Position numbers and translations under genes: made by a program
Shown: piece after piece, positions 29,333 to 39,589 of the stretch
Layout of the letters: every line of letters begins with the position of its first letter
Position numbering within the stretch: the first letter of the stretch is position 1
Notes under the pieces: generated by a model
Databases searched by the model: none
Told to the model about the DNA's origin: nothing
The model's input: only the letters and a program-made list of their open reading frames with translations
From: an uncultured Collinsella sp.
Lineage (GTDB): Bacteria > Actinomycetota > Coriobacteriia > Coriobacteriales > Coriobacteriaceae
Direction: 5' to 3'
DNA length: 64,000 nt
Assembly (NCBI GenBank): GCA_905197595.1
Contig: CAJJZM010000001.1
Location: forward strand, 2,592 to 66,591

Positions 29333-30043
29333 ATGGCGATCAAGGTGTTTGCCGACGGCGCTAACCTCGAGGGCATGCTTGACATGCATGACAATGGCAA
29401 CGTTCAGGGCTTCACGACCAATCCTTCCCTTATGAAGGCCGGCGGCGTGACCGACTACCGCGCTTTTGCCAAGACGGTTCTTGAGCACATTACTGATGTG
29501 TCGGTCTCTTTTGAGGTATTCGCCGACGACGAGGCAGGTATGGAAGCCGAGGCTCGCGAGATCGCAACCTGGGCAGACAACGTCTACGTTAAGATCCCGG
29601 CGCTCAACACCAAGGGTGAGTCCACTGCCGCGCTGGTCAAGCGCCTTTCTGCCGACGGCATCAAGGTGAATGTCACCACTATCTTTACGCCCGAGCAGGT
29701 CGACGAGTTTGTCGATGCCGTTTCTGCTGAGACCCCCTCTATTCTGTCCATCTTTGCCGGTCGCATTGCCGATACCGGCGTCGATCCGCTGCCCCTCATG
29801 GCGGAGTCCGTAAAGAAGGCTGCCGTTAAGCCTGCTGCCGAGGTTCTCTGGGCGTCTACGCGCGAGGTCCTCAATATCTTCCAGGCGGAGTCCGTTGGAT
29901 GCCAGATCATTACGGTCCCCAATGCCCTTCTTGCCAAACGCAAGAATTTCGGGAAAGATTTGCTTGAGTACTCGCTTGATACGGTCAAGGGCTTTGCCCG
30001 CGACATTCAGGCGCTTGGTTTTCACATCCTGCCCGAGGAGTAG
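29333..30043 (+). CDS. tal: Transaldolase (small TalC/FSA family), paralogue 1
   Basis: GFTTNPSL, SFEV, VYVKIP (Schiff-base Lys), VNVT, SIFAGRIAD. Confidence 0.88.
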   Translation: MAIKVFADGANLEGMLDMHDNGNVQGFTTNPSLMKAGGVTDYRAFAKTVLEHITDVSVSFEVFADDEAGMEAEAREIATWADNVYVKIPALNTKGESTAALVKRLSADGIKVNVTTIFTPEQVDEFVDAVSAETPSILSIFAGRIADTGVDPLPLMAESVKKAAVKPAAEVLWASTREVLNIFQAESVGCQIITVPNALLAKRKNFGKDLLEYSLDTVKGFARDIQALGFHILPEE

Positions 30044-30052
30044 GGGACGAGT

Positions 30053-30499
30053 ATGCTGACCGATCTTCTTAAGCCCGAGCTTGTTGCCTGCCACGTCGAG
30101 GCCTCCGACTGGGAGGAAGCGATCAGGGCATGCGGTAAGTTGCTCGTAGACGCTGGCAAATGCGACCAGAGCTATGTTGACGCCATGATTTTATCGGTTC
30201 ACAAATTCGGCCCCTATATGGTCTTGGAAGAGGGCATCGCCATGCCCCACGCTCAAGCAGATGGCAATGTGAGCGAAGCGGGAATCTGTATCGTCACGCT
30301 TGACCCAGCCGTTGCGTTTGGACACGAGGATTTCGATCCGGTTCACGTGCTCGTGGGTATTTGCGCACCCGACCCCAAGGCTCATCTTGGCTGCTTGGCG
30401 GAGCTTTCGCAGATGTTTGAGGACGAGGACTGCGTTGCCAAGCTCAGCGCATGCGATACGCCCGAGCAGGTTTTGGAGACCATGCGTTCATTCTTTTAG
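30053..30499 (+). CDS. PTS EIIA (fructose/mannitol/ascorbate type)
   Basis: DWEEAI, GPYMVL..GIAMPHA motifs. Confidence 0.92.
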   Translation: MLTDLLKPELVACHVEASDWEEAIRACGKLLVDAGKCDQSYVDAMILSVHKFGPYMVLEEGIAMPHAQADGNVSEAGICIVTLDPAVAFGHEDFDPVHVLVGICAPDPKAHLGCLAELSQMFEDEDCVAKLSACDTPEQVLETMRSFF

Positions 30500-30574
30500 G
30501 CCTTAATGGCACGGCGATGCGTCGCCGCTTTTGGATAGACGGAAAACCGTCACGTGTAGGAGAGGAAGGTTGCC

Positions 30575-30850
30575 ATGCATATCATCACCGTATGCGGAAA
30601 CGGCATCGGGTCCAGCCTGATGCTCGCTGGCAAAGTCGAGGAGCTTTGCGAGGAGGAGGGCATCAAGGCCGACGTTGAGTCTATGGACCTGAACGGTGCT
30701 TCTTCCGCAAATCCGGATCTGTTCATCACCGTTAAGGAACTCGCCCCCGAGCTCCACGGCAACGTTGTGATTGTTCGCAGCTATGTGAACAAGAAGAAGA
30801 TCCGCGAAGACGCCCTCGAGGCAATCAAGGCGGCCGCCGCTAACGCCTAA
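30575..30850 (+). CDS. PTS EIIB (UlaB-like)
   Basis: VCGNGIGSSLML motif. Confidence 0.92.
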   Translation: MHIITVCGNGIGSSLMLAGKVEELCEEEGIKADVESMDLNGASSANPDLFITVKELAPELHGNVVIVRSYVNKKKIREDALEAIKAAAANA

Positions 30851-30921
30851 AGCGGCACAAAAAAGGGCGGTTCCCTGTGGAAGAGGGAAACGCGCCCACG
30901 TTAGAGAGAAAGGAAGCGCAG

Positions 30922-32313
30922 ATGCAAGCCATCCTTCCCATACTTGAGTTTATCCAATCGATTCTGACCAAGCCAGCGTGGATTATGGGTCTATTTGCCT
31001 TTGTGGGCCTTGTCGCGCTTAAGCGTCCTGCCCACAAGGTGATGACGGGCACCCTGAAGCCCATTCTTGGTTACATCATGCTGTCCGCCGGCGCCGCTGT
31101 TGTTCAGGAGAACCTTGCTCCGCTGGGTACCTTCATCGAGACCGGTTTCCACATCACCGGCGTCGTGCCCAACAACGAGGTCGTCGTTTCGATGGCTCAG
31201 AGCGTGCTCGGCGTTCAGACCATGATGATCCTGATTCTCGGCTATGTCGTGAACATTATCATTGCCCGCTTTACCAAGTTTAAGTACATCTTCCTGACGG
31301 GCCATCACAGCATGTTTATGGCCTGCCTGCTGTCTGCCGTTCTGCAGGCATCTGGCTTCCAGGATGTCCAGCTTGTCATCGTGGGCGGCATGTTCCTGGG
31401 CCTCGTGAGCGCTATGCTTCCCGCCGTTGGTCAGCGTTTCACCGAGAAGGTTACCGATGGCGATGAAATCGCCATGGGCCACTTCGGTTCACTCGCCTAT
31501 TACATCTCCGCTGCAGTCGGTACGCTTTTTGCTAAGGACGCCGAGGAGAACAGCACCGAGAAGATCGAGGTTCCCGAGAAGTTCGCCTTCCTGCGCGACA
31601 CTACCATCTCCACGGCTCTTACCATGGCCTTCTTCTACCTGGTTACCGCTTTCGCCGCTTACATCGCAGATCCTGCGGTCGTTACCAAGACCGCTGGCGG
31701 CGACAACGTGATTGTCTATGCCCTGACCTGCGCTCTGTCTTTCGCCGTTGGTGTCACCATCGTCTATAACGGCGTTCGTATGATCCTTGCCGACCTGGTC
31801 CCGGCTTTCCAGGGCATCTCCAACAAGCTGATCCCCGGTGCCATCCCCGCCGTCGACTGCGCCGTCTTCTTCCCCTATGCTCCCACCGCCGTCATCCTCG
31901 GCTTTGTCGCTTCCTTTATCGGTGGCGTGGTCGGTATGTTCATCGTGGGCGCTACCCTGGGCATCTTCATCATCCCGGGCATGGTTCCCCACTTCTTCTG
32001 CGGTGCTACCGCGGGCATCTACGGCAATGCTACCGGCGGTCGCAAGGGCGCAGCTCTTGGCGCTTTCGTCAACGGCCTGCTCATCACCTTTGCCCCGGCC
32101 CTGCTCCTGCCCGTTCTTGACGTCTTTGGCTTCAAGAACACTACGTTCGGCGACTTCGATTTCTCCGTCATTGGTATTACGCTTGGCCGCGCTGCCGAGG
32201 CCTTCGGTACCACCGGTGTCTACGCGATTCTCGCTGTCCTTCTGGTCGTTGCCTTCGTCCCCAACTTCATCCACACCAAGGGTGCTGTGATCAATCACGT
32301 TGAGGAAGAGTAA
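30922..32313 (+). CDS. Ascorbate-family PTS EIIC (UlaA/SgaT-like)
   Basis: VPNNE, ARFTKFKYIFLTGHH, MGHFG, FQGISNKLIPGAIPAVDC and HFFCG motifs. Confidence 0.92.
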   Translation: MQAILPILEFIQSILTKPAWIMGLFAFVGLVALKRPAHKVMTGTLKPILGYIMLSAGAAVVQENLAPLGTFIETGFHITGVVPNNEVVVSMAQSVLGVQTMMILILGYVVNIIIARFTKFKYIFLTGHHSMFMACLLSAVLQASGFQDVQLVIVGGMFLGLVSAMLPAVGQRFTEKVTDGDEIAMGHFGSLAYYISAAVGTLFAKDAEENSTEKIEVPEKFAFLRDTTISTALTMAFFYLVTAFAAYIADPAVVTKTAGGDNVIVYALTCALSFAVGVTIVYNGVRMILADLVPAFQGISNKLIPGAIPAVDCAVFFPYAPTAVILGFVASFIGGVVGMFIVGATLGIFIIPGMVPHFFCGATAGIYGNATGGRKGAALGAFVNGLLITFAPALLLPVLDVFGFKNTTFGDFDFSVIGITLGRAAEAFGTTGVYAILAVLLVVAFVPNFIHTKGAVINHVEEE

Positions 32314-32370
32314 TCCAGGCATACGTTAAGCCCTAATCGGGCGGAGCTCCGATAACCGGCTCCTACACGG

Positions 32371-32407
32371 AAGCGGTGACGTCTCAATCGAGGCGTCACC
32401 GCTTTTT
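32371..32407 (+). terminator. Intrinsic terminator
   Basis: AAGCGGTGACGTCTC-aatc-GAGGCGTCACCGCTT followed by a T-run. Confidence 0.75.
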
Positions 32408-32637
32408 GCTTTGGAGCGATTGTGAATATGAGCCGGCGAGGCGCTGCTTCTGTTCCGTGAACGGAATCAAACGCAATGATCGGCAAAAACGTTTTGCCGC
32501 TGGGGCGTCGATATAAAAATGGTAAATCTGCAAAACCGTTCGCCGAGAAGATAAAAAACCGCAGTTCACGCCTTGATAAACGTAGATAAAGTGTTTAGCA
32601 GTTTATCGGCCGTATGCTAACGAAAGGAATCAGGCAG

Positions 32638-33342
32638 ATGGCAATCAAGGTGTTCGCTGACGGTGCAAACCTCGAGGGCATGCTCGACATGTACGAGAGC
32701 GGCAACGTTCAGGGTTTCACGACCAACCCGTCCCTTATGAAGAAGGGCGGCGTGACGGATTACCGCGCGTTTGCCAAGGAGGTCCTGGCCCACATCACCG
32801 ATGTGTCCGTGTCGTTTGAGGTCTTTGCCGACGACGTCGAGACCATGGAGGTCGAGGCTCGCGAGATCGCTACCTGGGCCGAGAACGTCTACGTCAAGAT
32901 TCCGTGCGTGACCACCAAGGGCGAGTCCACCGCCGAGCTGGTGCACAAGCTTTCGGCCGACGGCATCAAGGTCAACGTCACCACCATCTTTACGCCTACG
33001 CAGGTCGACGAGATGGTCGAGGCCGTTGACGCCGAGACGCCGTCCGTCATCTCGCTCTTTGCCGGTCGCATCGCCGACACCGGCGTCGATCCCATTCCGT
33101 TTGTGACGGAGTCGGTCAAGACGGCCGCCGCCAAGCCCAACTGCGAGGTCCTGTGGGCATCCACGCGCGAGCTCATCAACATTTACCAGGCGCAGGCCTG
33201 CGGTTGCCAGATCATCACGGTGCCCAACAGCATCCTGGCCAAGCGCAAGAACATCGGTCGCGATCCGTACGAGGTCTCGCTCGACACCGTGCGCGGCTTT
33301 GCCAAGGATATCGCCGCTTTGGGCTTCCATATCTTGCCGTAA
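32638..33342 (+). CDS. tal: Transaldolase (small TalC/FSA family), paralogue 2
   Basis: Same motifs as paralogue 1 and nearly collinear with it; AAAGGA RBS. Confidence 0.88.
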   Translation: MAIKVFADGANLEGMLDMYESGNVQGFTTNPSLMKKGGVTDYRAFAKEVLAHITDVSVSFEVFADDVETMEVEAREIATWAENVYVKIPCVTTKGESTAELVHKLSADGIKVNVTTIFTPTQVDEMVEAVDAETPSVISLFAGRIADTGVDPIPFVTESVKTAAAKPNCEVLWASTRELINIYQAQACGCQIITVPNSILAKRKNIGRDPYEVSLDTVRGFAKDIAALGFHILP

Positions 33343-33471
33343 CGCGAACACTGGCTGCGCCGCGGGTTGTTCGCCCCGGCCTTTCCTTTCCCTATCGCTC
33401 ACACGCTTCGCGAGGGTCGCGCTAGGTAAAGGAAAGGCCGGGGCTGCCGACACGAGCTTGCCGGCAAGTTA

Positions 33472-33498
33472 GCACTCGGCTTCCATATCCTGCCGTAG
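33472..33498 (+). pseudogene. 9-codon duplicate of the transaldolase 3' end (ALGFHILP*)
   Basis: GCA CTC GGC TTC CAT ATC CTG CCG TAG; 33478-33497 matches 33322-33341 at 19/20. Confidence 0.7.
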
Positions 33499-33714
33499 GC
33501 AAAGGTGCCCCCGCCTGCGACGTGCAAAATTGAGAGTATTCAGCAAGGTAAAGGCTTTTACCAGCTGGTTGAAGCACGGAACAGCCCCCGTTTTGGCTCT
33601 GACGACGCTAAAACGGGGGCTGTTTGTGACTATATTGCCTCTGAGGGGCGTTCGGAGCGGCGGAAATTGCAGAATACTCGCGATTTTGCACGTCGCTACA
33701 GGGGGTACCCTTGC
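33499..33714. repeat. MITE/REPIN-like element: 48-bp imperfect terminal inverted repeats with an internal hairpin
   Basis: 33499-33546 vs 33667-33714 are imperfect reverse complements; inner AACAGCCCCCGTTTT...AAAACGGGGGCTGTT at 33580-33624. Confidence 0.7.
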
Positions 33715-33723
33715 TTTGGCGGT

Positions 33724-35861
33724 TTATTTCCCCTGCACCATGGTGAGGGAGATTTTCTTGCGGTCGCGATCGACCTTTTCTACCCATACCTTCACCGTGT
33801 CGCCGACGCGCACCACGTCGCTCGGGTGCTTGACAAAGCGGTTGGCCAGCTTGGAGATGTGCACGAGGCCGTCCTGGTGCACGCCCACGTCGACAAAGGC
33901 GCCAAAGTCGACGACGTTGCGCACCGTGCCCTTGAGTTCCATGCCGGGTTCCAGGTCATCGATGGAAAGCGCCGAGCGGCTAAAGACCACCTCGGGCGCG
34001 TCGTCGCGCGGGTCGCGCCCGGGCTTCTTGAGCTCGTTGACGATGTCGATGAGCGTTAAGGTGCCGCAGTCCAGGTCGCTTGCCAGTGCCGAGATGCTGC
34101 CCAGGCGGCGCTCGATGTCGGGCACGCCGCCACGGCTGAGCTCGCTTGTCGCAACGCCGGCGCGTTCCAGGACGGCCGTGGCCACCTCGTAGCTCTCAGG
34201 GTGGACACTTGTCGCGTCGAGTGGGTTCTTGCCGCCACTGATGCGCAGGAAGCCCGCGGCGTTGAGATACGCCTTGGGCCCCAGCTTGGGGACCTTCTTA
34301 AGCTGACGGCGATCGGTAAAGGCGCCGTTTTCCTCGCGGTAGGCCACGATATTCTTGGCCACGCTCGGTGTGATGCCAGATACATATCCCAGCAGGCTCG
34401 CGCTCGCGGTGTTTACATCGACGCCCACGCGGTTGACGACGTCCTCCACCACGTAGCCCAGGGTGCGCGAAAGCTCGGCTTGGTCAAGGTCGTGCTGGTA
34501 CTGGCCCACGCCGATGGACTGGGGCGGAATCTTGACGAGCTCTGCCAACGGGTCCTGCAGACGGCGACCCAGGCTCATGGCGCCGCGCACGGTGACGTCC
34601 AGGTCGGGGTATTCCTGACTGGCGAGCTCGGAGGCGGAGTACACCGACGCGCCGGCTTCGTTGACGATGGTGTATCGCAGCCCGGGCGCCTGCTCGGCAA
34701 TGAACTCCGAGACGACTTCCTCGGTCTCGCGGCTGGCGGTGCCGTTGCCGATGACGATGGTGTTGACGCCGTCCTTCTTGACGAGGCGGGCAAGCTCGCG
34801 CTTGGTGCCGGCGACGTCGTGGCGCGGCTTGGTGGGGTAGACCACGCTGTGGTCGAGTAGCTTGCCGGTCTCGTCCATGACGGCGACCTTGCAGCCGGTG
34901 CGGTAGCCCGGATCGAGCGCGAGCACGCGGGCACCGCGCACGGGGCGTGCCGAGAGCAAGCCCTCGAGATTCTTGGCAAAGACATTGATGGCCTCGGTCT
35001 GAGCGCGGACGGTGAGTTTGGCGCGGGCCTCGCGCTCCAGCGAGGGGGCCATGAGACGCTTGTAACCGTCGGCGATAGCGGCGTCAAAGACGGGCGCGAA
35101 CACGCCCTGGCGACGGGGCCAGCGGCTGCCGAGGCGCGCCGTGGCGGCAGCGCCGTCGACGTTCACGCGCACGCGGAGTTTGCCCTCGCGCTCACCGCGG
35201 TCGATAGCCAGCACGCGGTGGTTGGGAATACGGCGCAGCGGCTCGTCAAAGTTGTAGTAGGGCTCGTAGGGGGTCTTCTCGGCGGGGTCGGTTGCCTGTC
35301 GGCGGTGTTTTGCGTAAAGGCGCGCAGTTCGGCGACGTTCTCGGGGTCCTCGGCTACCGTCTCGGCCACGATGTCAGCGGCGCCAGCGAGCGCCTTCTCG
35401 GGCGTGTCGAAGCCGGCCTCCTCGTTGACGTATGCCGCGGCGGCGTCGAGCGCGCTGCCCTTGGCCGAGGCCTGCATGATGACCATGTTGGCAAGCGGCT
35501 CCAGACCTGCCTCGCGGGCCTTCTGCGCGCGGGTCATGCGCTTTTTACGGTAGGGCTTGTAGAGGTCTTCGACGCGCTGGAGCTGTGTGGCCTCGCGAAT
35601 CTGCTGCTCGAGCTCGGGCGTGAGTTTGCCCTGGGCGTCGATGAGCAGGATGACGTCCTCTTTACGCTGTTCAAGATTGCGCAGGTAGGACAGGCGCTCG
35701 TCGAGCGCGCGCAGGGCAACGTCGTCCATGCCGCCCGTTGCTTCCTTGCGGTAGCGCGAGATAAAGGGGATGGTGTTGCCCTCGTCGATGAGCTTGACGG
35801 CTGCCTCGACGTTGGCGGCCTTAAGGTTGAGCTCGCGGGCGAGCTGGGCGATAAGATCCAT
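33724..35861 (-). pseudogene. tex: Tex family RNA-binding protein (S1 domain), frameshifted near 35295-35305
   Basis: N-part (EGNTIPFISRYRKEATG, EDLYKPY) and C-part (HRVLAIDRGE, LDPGYRTGCK, EAGASVYSAS, GVGQYQHD, S1) are in different frames. Confidence 0.85.
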
Positions 35862-36043
35862 GGAACTTCCTGTCTGTGAGTACGTTACAGGTGCATGAGC
35901 CACCCAGTCTACCACCCGCCCGCGCCGCGGCTGCAAAGAAAGCCCCGCGGGCAGGAGGCTGCTCGCGGGGCAAAGAAGAGGGGCTTGTTGGTGGCGGACC
36001 GAAGGGTTCGCATGGGGCTTCTGCCGCGGTCTGCCCTAAGGCG

Positions 36044-37084
36044 TTACAGCTCGACGAGCTGGCCGGTTTCGGCGGCCTCTTTGATGGCGTTGAGAAGCGT
36101 GAGCGTCTTGACGTTATCGGCGGGGGTCACGACGGGCTCGACCTCGCGGCGGACAACCTTCACAAAGTGCTTGAGCTGCATCTTGTGCGGCAGCGCCGGG
36201 TCCACGGCCGGGATCTCCATCTGCAGCGGCTTGTGCCAGTTAGAGGCGCCGTCGTAGGAGAACTGGTGCAGGCGGGGCAGCGAAAGGGCGCCCTTGGTGC
36301 CGCCGATAAAGTAAGCGTCAGCGTCGAAGGGACGGTACTGCGGGTCCTCGCGAGCGGTCGCCTCCCAGTTCCAGGGGCTGGCGGTGGCGTCGGAAATGGT
36401 CATGCTCGCGAGCGCGCCGTCGGCAAAGCGGACGTTGACCACGGCGGAGTCCTCGGTCTCAAAACCGCGGGCGGCGCTGGACTGCATGCCCTGGACGGCG
36501 ACGGGCTCGCCCAGCAGGTAGCGGAGCAGGTCGACGTCGTGCACCAGGTTGACCAGGATCGGGCCGGCACCCTTCTTGCGGCGCCACTCGACATCGAAGT
36601 ACTCGTCGTTCTTATAGATCATGTAGTGGAAACTCGACACGGTGAGCTTGCCCAACTCGCCGGACTCGATGATCTCCTTGGCCTTGTTCACAAACGGGTT
36701 GTGGCGACGGTGCTGACCCACGAGCACGGGCACGCCGGCGGTCTCGGCCTCGGCGGCGAAGGCCTGGGCATCCTCGAGATCGTTGGAGATTGGCTTTTCG
36801 ACCAGCGGCACGATGTTGCGCTTGATGGCCTCGCGGGCAACGCCCAGGTGCAGGTCGTTGGGGGTGGCGATGATGACGGCCTCGGGCTTGACCTCGTCCA
36901 TCATCTGGGCGGGATCGGTAAAGAACGGCACGCCGGCAGCCTCGGCCGTGGCGCGGGCGCCCTCAAAGGCGTCGGCGATGGCGACGAGTTCGGCCTCGGG
37001 CTCCTCGGTGACAAAGCGGATGTGGTTGCGGCCCATGGCGCCGGCGCCGATAACGGCAATGCGGGCGGGGTTGAGCTCAGACAT
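36044..37084 (-). CDS. Gfo/Idh/MocA family oxidoreductase
   Basis: VIGAGAMG, IATPNDLH, EKPI and HDVD motifs. Confidence 0.92.
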   Translation of the reverse strand: MSELNPARIAVIGAGAMGRNHIRFVTEEPEAELVAIADAFEGARATAEAAGVPFFTDPAQMMDEVKPEAVIIATPNDLHLGVAREAIKRNIVPLVEKPISNDLEDAQAFAAEAETAGVPVLVGQHRRHNPFVNKAKEIIESGELGKLTVSSFHYMIYKNDEYFDVEWRRKKGAGPILVNLVHDVDLLRYLLGEPVAVQGMQSSAARGFETEDSAVVNVRFADGALASMTISDATASPWNWEATAREDPQYRPFDADAYFIGGTKGALSLPRLHQFSYDGASNWHKPLQMEIPAVDPALPHKMQLKHFVKVVRREVEPVVTPADNVKTLTLLNAIKEAAETGQLVEL

Positions 37085-37112
37085 TTCGACTCCTTAATGC
37101 TGGTGGCTTGGA

Positions 37113-37143
37113 ATGTGACAAAGGGACAGCCCCTTTGTCACAT
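37113..37143. repeat. REP-like hairpin family B, copy 2
   Basis: ATGTGACAAAGGG-acagc-CCCTTTGTCACAT, intercistronic. Confidence 0.85.
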
Positions 37144-37151
37144 CGGTATAA

Positions 37152-38408
37152 CTAGGCGGACTTCTTCTTGCTGTCGGAGACCATCATGTAGACGGTGAGT
37201 ACGACGGCGATGGCGGCAATCACGATGGCGCCGTAGAAGGACTGCTGGTAGGCGGCGCTGCCGGCCTCGGCGTGATACAGCACAGCGGTGATGGGCTGGC
37301 TGATCCAGGTGGAAGCGGCATAGCCCAAGAACATGATGCCGTAGTTGACGCCGATGTTGCTGGTACCAAAGGCGCCACCGGTGAGCGGCGGGTAGATGAC
37401 GAGCAGGGCGCCAAAGCTAAAGCCGAGCAGGGCGAGCGCAACAAAGAACATGCTCTGCGTAAAGCTCATCGACATGATGACGAGCGCGACGATGGTGACG
37501 ACAAGGCTGATGAGCAGCGACTTGTAGGCGCCGAGCTTGTCGATGATCTGGCCGAAGGACAGGCGGCCGACCAGGTTGGCGCAGGTGTTGACGGAGACGA
37601 CCACGCCGCCGAGGGCGACGGCCGCAGCGCTCGTGGGGTCGGCGAAGAGCTGGACGGCGGCGATGGAGGCAACCTTGCCCACGAGCAGGGTGCCCGCGGT
37701 GGCGGCAAAGGCGAAGGTGACGATGAGGACCCAGAAGCGCGGGGTCTTGACCATCTCGCCCGGGGTGAGGTCGCCGAAGGTGCCGGCGTGCGCGCCGCCC
37801 TTGGGGGCCTCGAAGCCCTCGGGCAGCCAACCGGCCTCGGGGGCCTTCAGGAACAGGGCGGAGGCGGCGATCATCACAAAGAAGATGACGCCGAGTGCCT
37901 TAAGGGCGCCAAAGATGCCCAGGCTCGGGATGAGCAGCGAGGCGAGCACCGGGGACAGCACGGCGGGACCGGCGGTCGAAGCGGCCAGGGTGATGCCGGA
38001 GGCGAGACCCTTCTTGTCGATGAACCACTTTTGGCCGGTGGTGAGCGCGGGGTTGTAACCCAGGCCGTTGCCTATGGCGGCGACGAGCGAGAACCACAGG
38101 TAGAACTGCCACGGCTCGGTGACGGTGCCGGACATGAACCAGCCCAGGCCGTAGCACACGGCGGCGGCGATCACGACGTTGCGGGGGCCGATCTTATCGG
38201 AGATGCGACCGGCGAAGATACCCGTCACGGCCATGATGGTCTGAAAGACCGGGAAAGCCCAGGTAAGAGCGCTGGACCACTCGGGATAGACGGCGAGCAG
38301 GTTCTTGCTCACAACGGAATACAGCGCGATGGAGCTGATGAAGAACATGGTGACGCACGCGGCGGAAAGCACGACGGCGCGACCCTTGTTGGAGTTGGTG
38401 GAAGCCAT
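37152..38408 (-). CDS. MFS transporter (OFA/monocarboxylate-like)
   Basis: GRISDKIGPR, KWFIDKKGLASG and FG...G.NYG motifs; 12 TM. Confidence 0.88.
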   Translation of the reverse strand: MASTNSNKGRAVVLSAACVTMFFISSIALYSVVSKNLLAVYPEWSSALTWAFPVFQTIMAVTGIFAGRISDKIGPRNVVIAAAVCYGLGWFMSGTVTEPWQFYLWFSLVAAIGNGLGYNPALTTGQKWFIDKKGLASGITLAASTAGPAVLSPVLASLLIPSLGIFGALKALGVIFFVMIAASALFLKAPEAGWLPEGFEAPKGGAHAGTFGDLTPGEMVKTPRFWVLIVTFAFAATAGTLLVGKVASIAAVQLFADPTSAAAVALGGVVVSVNTCANLVGRLSFGQIIDKLGAYKSLLISLVVTIVALVIMSMSFTQSMFFVALALLGFSFGALLVIYPPLTGGAFGTSNIGVNYGIMFLGYAASTWISQPITAVLYHAEAGSAAYQQSFYGAIVIAAIAVVLTVYMMVSDSKKKSA

Positions 38409-38474
38409 TGGACTCTTTCTAATCGATGCGGGGGAGGGGCGGACACGTCCGCGGGGCCTCCCTGTCAGGCTGGT

Positions 38475-39356
38475 TTACTGGTCAGTGGGCTTTGCGACGC
38501 CAGACTCGTCGGACCAAAGCTCGACACCCTTGTTCTTGAGGTAGTTGTCGGCAAAGGCTCGACGGCCGCCGGGCTTGGCGGTGAGGTCGCCCATCATATT
38601 GGAGAAGCCGCCGTCGACCTTGATGGCGTCGCCGGTGGTAAAGTCCGAGCGCTTGGACGCCAGGAACATGACGGCGTTGGCGATATCGCTGACCTCGCCG
38701 ATGCGGCGCGTGGCGATGAGACGGCTGCGGCTCTTCTCGACCTCGGGGTCGGCGTAAAAGCTCGCCGACATGGGGGTCTTAACAAAGCAGGGCTCGACGC
38801 AATTGGAACGCACGCCGTAGGGACCCCACTCGGCAGCCAACATCTTCGACATCATGTTGACGCCCGCCTTGGTGGAGCTGTACACGCCCGAGAACGTCTC
38901 GGGGGAGTGGCTGGCAACGGTCGAGATGTGCACCAGGCGACCATGGCCGGCCTTGATCATCTCGCGACCAAAGCGCTGCGAGGTGATGAAGTAGCCGGTG
39001 AGGTTGACGTTGAGGACCTCGTTCCAGTCACTCAGCGGCAGGTCTTCCATGGCTGCGAAGCGCAGGATGCCGGCAGTGTTGACGAGGACGTCGACGCGGC
39101 CGAAGTCGGCGATGGTGGCATCGACAGCGGCCTGAACCTCGGCCTCGTCGGTGGCGTTCATCTTGTAGCCCTCGGCGTGGATGCCAAACTCGGCGGCGAG
39201 GTCGGCGGCTGCGGCCTTGACCTTTTCCTCGTCTAGGTCGAGCAGGACGACGTTGGTGCCGTTGCGGGCGAACTCGCGGCAAATCTCGACGCCCATACCG
39301 CCGAGTGCGCCGGTAACGGCGCATACATCGCCCTCGAGCTTAAGCCAATTGCTCAT
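38475..39356 (-). CDS. SDR family oxidoreductase
   Basis: TGALGGMG, LVNTAG, YSSTK catalytic motif and VDGG. Confidence 0.93.
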   Translation of the reverse strand: MSNWLKLEGDVCAVTGALGGMGVEICREFARNGTNVVLLDLDEEKVKAAAADLAAEFGIHAEGYKMNATDEAEVQAAVDATIADFGRVDVLVNTAGILRFAAMEDLPLSDWNEVLNVNLTGYFITSQRFGREMIKAGHGRLVHISTVASHSPETFSGVYSSTKAGVNMMSKMLAAEWGPYGVRSNCVEPCFVKTPMSASFYADPEVEKSRSRLIATRRIGEVSDIANAVMFLASKRSDFTTGDAIKVDGGFSNMMGDLTAKPGGRRAFADNYLKNKGVELWSDESGVAKPTDQ

Positions 39357-39589
39357 AGGAACTTCCCTTCTTGTGCCTCCCGGTGGGTCGCTCCCATTAA
39401 TCGACCCACGTGGTTTTCGCTGGTTATCGTATGCTTTGGATTTGCGCAGGTGAATTGCATATTTGTTAGAATGGCGTTAACCGTAGGTTTACACTGTGCA
39501 TTGAGGTTTGTTCTCAATTGAGCTCGTGACCTGCGAAAACGACCCCCTGCGGTGCTGTGGGCCCGCGCGTGCGAAAACGGGAGATTGAC

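Noticed and set aside
29333..33342. Fructose-6-phosphate aldolase assignment
   Set aside because: Both copies have the Glu/Phe pair of transaldolases rather than the Gln/Tyr pair of FSA.
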